A stretch of 64,000 nt of DNA, taken from NCBI GenBank assembly GCA_964230645.1, contig CAXRHT010000001.1, forward strand, positions 70,943 to 134,942, written 5' to 3'. This document shows, in pieces, positions 56,298 to 64,000 of this stretch. The notes under the pieces are model-generated. The model did not search any database and had not been told where the DNA came from. It saw only the letters and a list, made by a program, of their open reading frames with translations. This DNA is from Bdellovibrionales bacterium (lineage in GTDB: Bacteria > Bdellovibrionota > Bdellovibrionia > Bdellovibrionales > JAGQZY01). The position numbers and the translations under genes are program-made. Within the stretch, counting starts at the first letter, position 1, and each line of letters opens with the position of its first letter.

Positions 56298-57439
56298 GAA
56301 CATTTCTTATCTCGATATTGACTGGGGGTAAGACCCACTATTTTTTTAAAGGCCGTATTAAAAGAGGACTTCGTATTAAAACCCGATTCAAAGGCTATAT
56401 CCATAATTTTAACACCTTTGTATTTCTCGCTCCTCAGTTTCTTTTTAACCTCTTCAATACGATACTCAGAAAGCCATGTGAAGAAGTTCTTATCAAGACC
56501 GAATCGAATCGCTTGGGACACCAAATAGCTGGGAACTCGAGCCTTCAAGGCGACATCCTCTAGTTTTAAATTGGGATCAAGGTAGAGCTTTTTCTTTTCC
56601 ATCAGTCGTGTGAGTTGCTCTTTTATTTGCGAGAGTCTTTTTTGATCAAGAGTCTGATCCTGTTTGGATTGAGTGGTTTCAATATCTTCTTCATTGTGTC
56701 TAGCAAGAACAGCTTCCCTGGAAGCTAAAGAGGTCATACGAAAGGCTTCAAATATATTCGACAAATAAAGCATTGGAACATAGTAAGCCACACTCAGAGG
56801 CAAAACCAAAAATTCCATCCCACTGGCCAAAACATTAAAAAGGAGGCCCGCAATGAGAAAGATGTCTTGGGAGGATTGATACAGTCTTAAGAGGAGCAAA
56901 AGACTAAAGGAAATATGAACAAAGCTAAAAAGACTGAGTCCAACCAATGGTATTGTGTAGGGGTCTCCTAGTCTCGTCAAATAGGCATCGGAAAAAAAAC
57001 GACCGGTCACCTTGATGGCATCCGGGTTGAAAAATAAAGGTTCATTGAAGAATATAAAAGAAACCACCGGAATGAGAGCAAGAGCTGTGAGTAAAAGCAT
57101 CGTGGCTTCATAGATTTTCTTGGCTTTCGGAGGGATCGCAATGAAAAAGCTCAAGCAGCGAGAATAGTAATAATGAGCAAGGAACATGAGAAGAATTGTT
57201 ACCAGCACCACAATTCTCGTAAAGGTTGTCGAGAAAGCCATTGAATAAACGACGGTAACACTCACAGTAAACAAAGCGCTAAGAAAACAAAAAACAGACA
57301 ACTGTTTTGATCTCTCTAAGCCCCATTGCTTATAGATATTAAATTGTCTAAGAGCTAAGAAAAGCAGAGCGACACTGCAGAAAAAGCTTATCCCTGGTGC
57401 GGTTTTCTCAAATACTTCTATCAAAGGATTCGCCTCCAA
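56294..57439 (-). CDS. Membrane-embedded AraC-family regulator, paralog 2
   Basis: 381 aa with the same architecture. Shared blocks are GISFFC, FCFLSALFT, YYVPMLYLSNIFEAFRM, LASREA, and the HTH SGFNTKSSFNTAFKKIVGLTPSQYR. Confidence 0.8.
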   Translation of the reverse strand: MEANPLIEVFEKTAPGISFFCSVALLFLALRQFNIYKQWGLERSKQLSVFCFLSALFTVSVTVVYSMAFSTTFTRIVVLVTILLMFLAHYYYSRCLSFFIAIPPKAKKIYEATMLLLTALALIPVVSFIFFNEPLFFNPDAIKVTGRFFSDAYLTRLGDPYTIPLVGLSLFSFVHISFSLLLLLRLYQSSQDIFLIAGLLFNVLASGMEFLVLPLSVAYYVPMLYLSNIFEAFRMTSLASREAVLARHNEEDIETTQSKQDQTLDQKRLSQIKEQLTRLMEKKKLYLDPNLKLEDVALKARVPSYLVSQAIRFGLDKNFFTWLSEYRIEEVKKKLRSEKYKGVKIMDIAFESGFNTKSSFNTAFKKIVGLTPSQYRDKKCS

Positions 57440-57486
57440 GCGGTTAGATTGAAGCTACTACGAATCTTCATATTTTTAAATAATTT

Positions 57487-58608
57487 TTATGGGCTTTGAT
57501 CTCGACGATACTCACTGGGAGTTTGGCCAACAATTTTTTTAAACGAGGTGTTGAAACTGGATTTCGAGTTAAAACCCGATTCGTAGGCCACCTCCATAAT
57601 ATTCTTATTTGGATCATTTAAAAGACGTCTTTTGGCCTCTTCGATCCGGTACTGACTGATCCACTGAAAATAGTTTGTATTGAGATGAAAGCTAATGGCC
57701 TGCGAAACAAGATAGCTGGGTGTTTTTGCCGTGCGAGCTAAATCACTGACCTTGAGATTGGAATTGAGGTAGAGTTTTTCATTTTCCATAAGCCTCTCAA
57801 TTTTAGTCGCGATTTTAGAGAGCTGCTCCTGATTTAGACCTTTATTTTCAACATCCTCTTCCTCGACATTCTCTTCTCGATCTAACTTGTCTAAATAGGC
57901 TTCACGACTAGCTATTGAATTCATTCGGAAAGCTTCAAAGATATTGGCTAGAAAGACCATTGGAATATAAAAATCAATTGCGATGGGAAGAACCAGAAAC
58001 TCCATACCACAGGCTACTAAATTAGTGGTGAGCCCTGCCATTAGGAAATAGTCTCTAGAGGACTGGTAAATTCGAACCAGAATATAGGCACTCGTTAGAC
58101 CATGGATCAGACTAAAGGCGCCGTAAAAAAACATAGCCAGAACCGTCGGTTCACCTAAACGAGTGGTGTAGGCATCCAAAAAGAAATGCCCGGTCTCGTT
58201 GATCGTGTTGCGATCAAAAACCAATTCAACATCAAAAACTATAAGACTCATTGCAAAACCAATATGCACAAGCCCCAAGCCAAGCATGCTTGATTTATAA
58301 AATTTTTGCAGCCAATGAGGGATTGAAATAAAATAGCCCAGACTTTTCATATAAAAGTACAGAGCGACATAAAGTAAGAAGTGAAAGCCCACCACAAAAA
58401 ATCGAACCGTATCAGCGGAAAAGTGATCGGCGTAAACCACGACCTCAATAAAGGTATAAAGAGCGCTAAAGAAACAAAAAAGCCCAATCGCCTTGGATCG
58501 TTGAAAACCTCTAGTTTGATAGAGACGAAATTGGATAAAAGCCAGCAACAAAAGAGCTGCAAAACAAAAAAAGCTCAATCCTGGAAATATAACTTGGACA
58601 AACTCCAT
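57487..58608 (-). CDS. Membrane-embedded AraC-family regulator, paralog 3
   Basis: 373 aa with the same architecture: MEFVQVIFPGLSFFCF..., FYIPMVFLANIFEAFRM, and the HTH SGFNSKSSFNTSFKKIVGQTPSEYR. Confidence 0.8.
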   Translation of the reverse strand: MEFVQVIFPGLSFFCFAALLLLAFIQFRLYQTRGFQRSKAIGLFCFFSALYTFIEVVVYADHFSADTVRFFVVGFHFLLYVALYFYMKSLGYFISIPHWLQKFYKSSMLGLGLVHIGFAMSLIVFDVELVFDRNTINETGHFFLDAYTTRLGEPTVLAMFFYGAFSLIHGLTSAYILVRIYQSSRDYFLMAGLTTNLVACGMEFLVLPIAIDFYIPMVFLANIFEAFRMNSIASREAYLDKLDREENVEEEDVENKGLNQEQLSKIATKIERLMENEKLYLNSNLKVSDLARTAKTPSYLVSQAISFHLNTNYFQWISQYRIEEAKRRLLNDPNKNIMEVAYESGFNSKSSFNTSFKKIVGQTPSEYRRDQSP

Positions 58609-58666
58609 CCTCTATTAATATCTCAAACCAAGGGGCTTTTCAATTCTCTATAAATGGTTCAACTGT

Positions 58667-59371
58667 TCACTTTTTTGTTTTTTCAAGGAGATACTGGGAA
58701 TAGGCTTCGTTAATATCTTGAATTCGACAAGTTCTTCGAATGAAATCAATAAGCTTCTTTTTTACACTTAAGCGTAACAGATTTGATAGGTCACAGCGCT
58801 CATCGAGCATTTCCACAATGGCTTGGGAAGTTTTATAGTGAACCGCAATGGGGATGGAGCTTGGTTGAAACGGATGACCCATCTTAGTGATATCGCTAAA
58901 CTTTTTTTGTTTTGTAAGCCAGTGGTAACTCACCTTCCCTTTACGGGAGTAAAAATTGGCAAAGCCTTCTTCGAGCCAGCGTGGAATAGAACTTTTGTAC
59001 TTTTGATAGAAGATCACATGAACAAGTTCGTGTCCCAGTATTTGATCTAAATTTTTATGGGTCGCTCTAGGGCTAATGTGAACCTCGGTGCTTTTGGGAG
59101 ATTTAATGGTCACAGCGGCAGGCCTTGAGCCCAAAGTGTGGGCCTTTTTGAAAGATCCCTCAGTGGTGTGAAAATACACTGGTACCCGTCTTATTTTCCA
59201 TTCCAATCGGGATTCAAGTTTCTCAGTGATACGTTCCACACGATTTTGCTTTACCCAATCAGGAAGATTATGCAAAACCAGTGAGTTTGTTCGCACCTCT
59301 TTGGCTGAAGCTAAAAGAGAAACAAAAATAAAAGCCTGAGAAATAAGAAGTGATTTAATTTTCGGCATCAC
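58667..59371 (-). CDS. Secreted HExxH protein (putative zinc metallopeptidase, MA-clan-like)
   Basis: 234 aa with a signal peptide. GHELVHVIF (HExxH) with a downstream EGFANFY that could supply the third ligand. Confidence 0.5.
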   Translation of the reverse strand: MMPKIKSLLISQAFIFVSLLASAKEVRTNSLVLHNLPDWVKQNRVERITEKLESRLEWKIRRVPVYFHTTEGSFKKAHTLGSRPAAVTIKSPKSTEVHISPRATHKNLDQILGHELVHVIFYQKYKSSIPRWLEEGFANFYSRKGKVSYHWLTKQKKFSDITKMGHPFQPSSIPIAVHYKTSQAIVEMLDERCDLSNLLRLSVKKKLIDFIRRTCRIQDINEAYSQYLLEKTKK

Positions 59372-59876
59372 TCCCCTTCTTTACAATCTTATCTTTGAGG
59401 TTTTTTAGGATCTGGGAGGCATCATAATACTTAGCCTCTTGTTCTTTATTGATTCCCTTACTCATACTAATAAAGCCCACCGCTTCAAATTCATTGTGGG
59501 TCACTACCCCACCCCCTGGAGCATTGGGACCGTAGATGTAATAGGGGAAGCGGCGACGATCTCTAGGGTAAAAACCATAAATACTGGGCGCCATACTCTC
59601 TGTTTCTGACATTCGGTCGGTTTCAAAATGAGTGAACCGAAAAAATTTGAATCCGTTTTCGAGAGTTGCTTCGGCCGCTCGATAAAAAAGGTAGGTTTCT
59701 ACCGTTTCTCTTTCGGTCACCTTATTGCCTTTGAATGAAACTCTTAACTTATTATCGTCGAGCTTCGTATCTTTATATCCATTCCCAAGATATCCCGCCG
59801 GCTGATAAGGGGTGGGAGTGGCACAAGCGGACAAGCCCAATAGAGCGAGTATCAGTGTTCCCTTTTGAAAAATCAT
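59355..59876 (-). CDS. Lipoprotein, CC0125/CC1285-like family (tentative)
   Basis: 173 aa. Lipobox LSACA. YQPAG..GYKDTKLDDNKLRVSFKGNKVTERETVETYLFYRAAEATLENGFKFF resembles that lipoprotein family as I recall it. Confidence 0.5.
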   Translation of the reverse strand: MIFQKGTLILALLGLSACATPTPYQPAGYLGNGYKDTKLDDNKLRVSFKGNKVTERETVETYLFYRAAEATLENGFKFFRFTHFETDRMSETESMAPSIYGFYPRDRRRFPYYIYGPNAPGGGVVTHNEFEAVGFISMSKGINKEQEAKYYDASQILKNLKDKIVKKGSDAEN

Positions 59877-59934
59877 CTCATCCTTTCAAGCGTTGAGTTC
59901 AAGACTGGGTTATCATACCAGGATAGTCTTTCGA

Positions 59935-60148
59935 CTGTCATTCTCACCTGTCACTCTGCCTGAATGTCATTCTGAGCGCAGCGAAGAATCTGTCGCGCTA
60001 GCTTCGAGAATAGATTCTTCGCTTCGCTCAGAATGACAATGTGTGGGCTTCGCTCAGAATGACAATGTGTGGGCTGCGCTCAGAATGACAATGTGTGGCC
60101 TGCGCTCAGAATGACATTCAGGTGGGATGACAGGGGCTCAGAATGCCG
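59935..60148. repeat. GTCATTCTGAG-family nested palindrome with 26-nt tandem units on the right arm
   Basis: Central palindrome: GTCATTCTGAGCGCAGCGAAGAATCT - 20 nt - AGATTCTTCGCTTCGCTCAGAATGAC. CGCTCAGAATGAC recurs at 60025, 60051, 60077 and 60103 (period 26). The outer arms CTGTCATTCTCACCTGTCAC...TGAATGTCAT and ATGACATTCAGGTGGGATGACAGGGGCTCAGAATGCCG also pair. Confidence 0.85.
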
Positions 60149-60161
60149 TCCGAGAATTCCT

Positions 60162-60659
60162 CTATTTATTCTTTTTTTCTTGGGCCGCTCTTTTTTTGGC
60201 TAAATTTTCGAGACGGTAGGCTCTTCTCTCTTTACCCGCTTGGTATCTTCTTTTTTCGTCAGGGGTTTGTGGATCAATTGGAGCGATCTCGGTGGGTTTA
60301 CCCTGGGAATTAAGGGCTACAAAGGTCAGGTAAGCTGTGGCTGTGTGGAAGGTTTCATTGGTTGTTGGATTTTCAGCATCCACACGCACACCGATTTCCA
60401 TGGATGTCTTTCCAGTAAAATTCACGCTGGCTTTAAGATTTACGACCCAGCCAGTATAAACGGGCGCGACAAATTCCATTTCATCAAGATGAGCGGTAAC
60501 AACAGTTTTTTGGGAGTGTCTTTGGGCACAAACGGCAGCGGCGATATCAATCCATGACATGATTGTACCGCCGAAAATCGTTCCCAAAGAATTTGTATGA
60601 GATGGAAGCACGAGCTCAGTCTTAATGACTTGGGAAAGTGAGACTGGTCGTGCTTGCAT
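60162..60659 (-). CDS. Acyl-CoA thioesterase (hotdog fold, YciA/ACOT-like)
   Basis: 165 aa. ELVLPSHTNSLGTIFGGTIMSWIDIAAA is the typical N-terminal block. Confidence 0.85.
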   Translation of the reverse strand: MQARPVSLSQVIKTELVLPSHTNSLGTIFGGTIMSWIDIAAAVCAQRHSQKTVVTAHLDEMEFVAPVYTGWVVNLKASVNFTGKTSMEIGVRVDAENPTTNETFHTATAYLTFVALNSQGKPTEIAPIDPQTPDEKRRYQAGKERRAYRLENLAKKRAAQEKKNK

Positions 60660-60683
60660 TAAAGATCCTTACGGATGAGAGGC

Positions 60684-61118
60684 TTATAGGCCAAACATTC
60701 CCATTCCACCGTTTCCAGTACCAGTTCCCCCGGTGCCAGTTCCAGTGTTATCTGGATTGTTTGTTTGCTGGTTGTTGTTGGTGTTGATTCCGGATCCAAC
60801 AGTTGAGTTACCAGCAGGAATTGAGTCAATTCCTCCACCTTGATTGGTGTTGTTTCCAGCTGTTCCAGTGGCGTTGATTTGTTGTTGATTGTTTTGAGCC
60901 TCAACAAATCCCATATGAGGTAGACACCATACGATTAACTGGGCACGACTTTTAACCTGCATCTTCTTATAGATGTTAGTCAGGTGAAATTTCACCGTTT
61001 TCTCTGTGACAAAAAGTCGGTTGGCAACTTCCTTGTTGGAGAGCCCTTTTGAAACCAGCTCTGCCACCTCGGCTTCTCTATTGGACAAACCCTTCTGAAT
61101 TAGGACATCTCTGAGCAT
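60684..61118 (-). CDS. LuxR/GerE-type HTH protein with N/Q/G/T-rich low-complexity C-terminal tail
   Basis: 144 aa. LSNREAEVAELVSKGLSNKEVANRLFVTEKTVKFHLTNIYKKMQV is a complete GerE HTH. There is no receiver or ligand domain. The last ~65 aa are N/Q/G/T-rich. Confidence 0.8.
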   Translation of the reverse strand: MLRDVLIQKGLSNREAEVAELVSKGLSNKEVANRLFVTEKTVKFHLTNIYKKMQVKSRAQLIVWCLPHMGFVEAQNNQQQINATGTAGNNTNQGGGIDSIPAGNSTVGSGINTNNNQQTNNPDNTGTGTGGTGTGNGGMGMFGL

Positions 61119-61516
61119 CCTTGCTCCCTTCGTTAGTTTAGTGGTTACTTTAGGCTTAACGTCAGTGTTTCGCCTCTTTTAAAGTCTGGCAAGATGTTGG
61201 ACTTTTTACAAGTGCCTGAATTAAAAAATTCTAAAACTGGACTCAGATTTTTGAAAATCCTGACAATTTCATAATAAATATTTAGAGTCACTCAAAAAAA
61301 TATTTGTAGAAAAGCACGACTAGACGTTTTTTGAGGGTTTGAGCCCTCGATGAAGGGCTTGAAAATGTAAGATCTTTCAGAAACTTTCAGGACCTTTCGC
61401 TATATTGCTGGAGGTCAAAACACAATCTCGACCTTAATATGCCTTTTTAATGATCAAAATTTGGCCTTTGGGGAAGTTGTAAAACTTGAAAAGAGACAAA
61501 AGTCACAAGAATCCCG

Positions 61517-63844
61517 CTAAAGAATCTCAAGATCTTTTACCACCAGTTCCTTTTGAAGCTTTCTTAAAACATCCTCTGGATTTTTCCCCTCCATGGGTTC
61601 CACTCCAAAAATGTCATCAATTTGTCGCCCCCAGGTGTGAACTTTCGCCCAGGAAATCTGAAATCCCTCATTGTGAAGAGCTTGAATGGCTGTAAGCAAA
61701 AGACCTTTTTTATCACCCGCTCGAAAACTATAGACCCACTCTTCTTCATCCCATGAAACCAAATCGATCTGAGAGAATGGGGTCTTATACTCCTTCACTG
61801 TCTCAACACCTTTTACCTGCAATCTTTTACGTAGCACCGGTAAGGACTTATTGGTTTTGACACAAAACCAATCGTATACCCCCATTTTTTTATCGGTGTA
61901 GATCATCGCCTGCCTAATATTACAGCCTAAGCTGGTAAGCTTTTGGGTGAACTCTAAAACCAAGCCCGCTTGATCCTTTTTCTTGTGAAAACGCATCCAC
62001 ACCCGATTACGCCTGTCCTTCATAACTAAAGGATTTAATTCTTCTCCTTTTAAAATTTGCCTAAAGTCCTTTAACAAAACATTGTGAGAAAAGGCGTCGA
62101 TGAGAGAAGAGTCCAAATCGTTTAAGAAAGCATCAGGGACTTTTAAATTTTGTCTTTTTAACTTTTGGGTAAAATCATAGTGCTTAGCCGGACTGGGATT
62201 CCTTAAGGTATCCACCATTTCGCAAAGAAGATTTTCCTTCCAAGAATTCCAAGCGTCCGGGTTGGTCGCTAAAATATCGATAACAGTAAATATAGCTAAC
62301 CGATAAAGCCTCGGGCCGCGCACACCACGAGAAAATAAGTATTCCCAAGTTTTAGGAGACTGAGGGTTTTTACGAAAAGCGGCCGTCGAGAGGATGAGAT
62401 GATTTTCAACCAGCCAAGCCACCTCATGGGCAAAGTTCTTAGAAAAACCGAAAGCCTTGAGGTCTTTAAGGGTAAGCTCTCTTCCCTTTTTAGAATGATC
62501 CCCTTTTCTGCCTTTGGCAATATCATGGTAAAGAGCTGTCCATCGTAAAATATTCCAATCCGAGATTTTCAACTTCTCACCAAAAAACTCCAGTTTCCCC
62601 AAAAGCTTCGGATAAGTGTAGATTCGGCGCACTTCCCTGACGGCTTGTAAAAGGTGAGCATTGACCGAGTAGCGATGATACTGATCGTGCTGCACAAGAC
62701 CTATGACTTTGGTAAAATTGGGGATCAAATGAGAAACCATTTGCGAGCGAAAAGCCGCCACTGTGAGCTCATCTTCGGTTTTAATATCAAGAATTTTCTT
62801 AAGAATTTTTCCTTTTTCCGTTTTCTTGAGCTTTTCTTTGTTAAAACCCCTGGTGTCGTAAAGTTTTTTTCGAATAATCGCTTGAGTTTGTAAGCTCTGA
62901 TCTTTTTTTAAGGCTTTCAGAGTGTCCCCCCAATTGGAAGGATCTTGCTTAGAAACGCGATTCATTTCTTTAAGTGTTAGTGTGCAGCGTTCATTAGCCC
63001 AGTCGGAATGAAAGCTCACTCTTGAAAGTCCTTTTTGAACCTCCATCATAAAACGGCGATGACTTTCATAGCCAAACCAGTCGCTTAAATCCAATTGATC
63101 AGGAGCTGTGAGAATATCATGGGAGTGATGCAAATGAAGTTTTTGGCGAATCAATAAAAAGAAACAGCGGTAATAATCTAGAACTTTAAAAGCGTACTCA
63201 TCTTCTAAGAAGCGCTCAGGGAACCACTCTCTTAAAATCATCGCCTGATGAAGATCCCTCAAACCACCGGAACCAAATTTTAAATTCGGCTCCAAAAAGT
63301 TAGCAATGGAATCATAGCGCTTAAAGCGCATTTTTCTTTCACTGACAATCACCTGAAGTAGTTTACGGCGAAAAGCTTTCTCACTTCTTAAGATAATATC
63401 TTTTTGAACCTGTAATCTTTTAGCACCCTCTTGGGTAAAGGCTTTGGCATTGAAAAGTGCGTTGATCTCAAGTTCTTCCACATTCTGGGTCCAATCCTCA
63501 CGATTGTCTGGAACACGGTAGCGAAACTTCATTCCCAATTTTTCGGTGACATCAACCACCTTTTTCACAGCTTCATCTGAACCACAGAAAATTACATCAA
63601 GGTCCGAGCCCGGACACAACTCTCCCCTTCCCCACGAACCAATAGCGATCGGATGAGCCTCTTGCCAACCATCGATTTCTCTGAGGCGATTTTCAATACA
63701 TAAAGAAAGCCAAGAGGAAAAATCCAGAGCCACACTCAGGTTATGATCCAAAAGAACCTGACCCAAGGGGGTTGCCAGAGGGGGCCTCAACATTGCGCGG
63801 GCCTCTTCTAACTGTTTTTCTGTTAAGAAAGTTCTTGCTGCCAC
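61517..63844 (-). CDS. glnD: GlnD-like [protein-PII] uridylyltransferase/uridylyl-removing enzyme
   Basis: 775 aa. NTase motif GSWGRGELCPGSDLDVIF, an HD domain (LYHDIAKG), and two ACT-like segments at the C-terminus. Shorter than classical GlnD. Confidence 0.75.
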   Translation of the reverse strand: MAARTFLTEKQLEEARAMLRPPLATPLGQVLLDHNLSVALDFSSWLSLCIENRLREIDGWQEAHPIAIGSWGRGELCPGSDLDVIFCGSDEAVKKVVDVTEKLGMKFRYRVPDNREDWTQNVEELEINALFNAKAFTQEGAKRLQVQKDIILRSEKAFRRKLLQVIVSERKMRFKRYDSIANFLEPNLKFGSGGLRDLHQAMILREWFPERFLEDEYAFKVLDYYRCFFLLIRQKLHLHHSHDILTAPDQLDLSDWFGYESHRRFMMEVQKGLSRVSFHSDWANERCTLTLKEMNRVSKQDPSNWGDTLKALKKDQSLQTQAIIRKKLYDTRGFNKEKLKKTEKGKILKKILDIKTEDELTVAAFRSQMVSHLIPNFTKVIGLVQHDQYHRYSVNAHLLQAVREVRRIYTYPKLLGKLEFFGEKLKISDWNILRWTALYHDIAKGRKGDHSKKGRELTLKDLKAFGFSKNFAHEVAWLVENHLILSTAAFRKNPQSPKTWEYLFSRGVRGPRLYRLAIFTVIDILATNPDAWNSWKENLLCEMVDTLRNPSPAKHYDFTQKLKRQNLKVPDAFLNDLDSSLIDAFSHNVLLKDFRQILKGEELNPLVMKDRRNRVWMRFHKKKDQAGLVLEFTQKLTSLGCNIRQAMIYTDKKMGVYDWFCVKTNKSLPVLRKRLQVKGVETVKEYKTPFSQIDLVSWDEEEWVYSFRAGDKKGLLLTAIQALHNEGFQISWAKVHTWGRQIDDIFGVEPMEGKNPEDVLRKLQKELVVKDLEIL

Positions 63845-64000
63845 TGAGCTAGCCTATTGAGTGCATCCAAAGGAGTCAATTTTTGAATCTCAAGGCCTCG
63901 AATATTCTCTAACCACTTTTCTAGTTCGGGATTGGGTTGACTCTCTTGAACTTCAGTCTGTTCTTCCGCCATACGTTGCCATAAATCAAGTTGGGCACTA
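63824..64000 (-). CDS. mutS: 3' end of DNA mismatch repair protein MutS (partial, continues beyond the window)
   Basis: The minus-strand frame reads ...WLENIRGLEIQKLTPLDALNRLAQWQQELS*. This is the typical MutS C-terminal L-T-P-x-x-A-L motif. The stop at 63826..63824 overlaps the glnD-like start by 21 nt. Not in the ORF track because it is truncated. Confidence 0.55.

Overview
Gene-dense 64 kb chromosomal segment. It holds about 50 protein-coding genes. I found no rRNA, tRNA, CRISPR array, transposase, integrase or recognisable phage or defence genes. The sequence looks moderately AT-rich by eye; no composition was computed. The gene content is rich in secreted hydrolases: an S8 subtilisin, an S46 dipeptidyl-peptidase, an SLT-like wall hydrolase with SH3b domains, and an HExxH protein. 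There are many signal-peptide or lipoprotein ORFs of unknown function. Acyl-CoA catabolism is heavily represented (ACAD, IcmF-crotonase-Hbd, FadI/FadJ-like pair, MaeB, thioesterase). This fits a Bdellovibrio-and-like predatory bacterium, which is inference only. Housekeeping anchors are yceD, gpmA, psd, nnr, scpA/scpB, hflX, glnD-like and a mutS 3' end. Items that ordinary annotation does not explain: (1) Three tandem paralogous membrane-embedded (about 7 TM) AraC-type regulators lie directly beside a LytS/LytTR two-component pair (52.8-58.6 kb). (2) A family of nested palindromic repeats is built on GTCATTCTGAGCG-N-AGCGAAGAATC. Its arms are expanded into tandem units of 17, 25 or 26 nt at three loci, and a solo arm sits at the edge of an insertion. 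(3) A stand-alone 184 bp element with 45 bp perfect (53 bp near-perfect) inverted repeats around a GC-rich core sits in the fadI-like/maeB divergent promoter region. (4) A four-gene operon looks like a split, miniaturised DUF1588/DUF1552-type pair plus a separate cytochrome c. (5) A roughly 1.38 kb insertion is bracketed by 90 bp imperfect direct repeats that duplicate the promoter and first codons of a flavoprotein gene. (6) Repeat-architecture proteins include an S8 protease with 4 unknown C-terminal modules, a lipoprotein with 10 repeats of about 57 aa, and ScpA/ScpB with long hyper-acidic tails. (7) An orphan 17-codon ORF has a strong SD and its own terminator. All family assignments come from motifs read by eye in the supplied translations. 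No database search was run.
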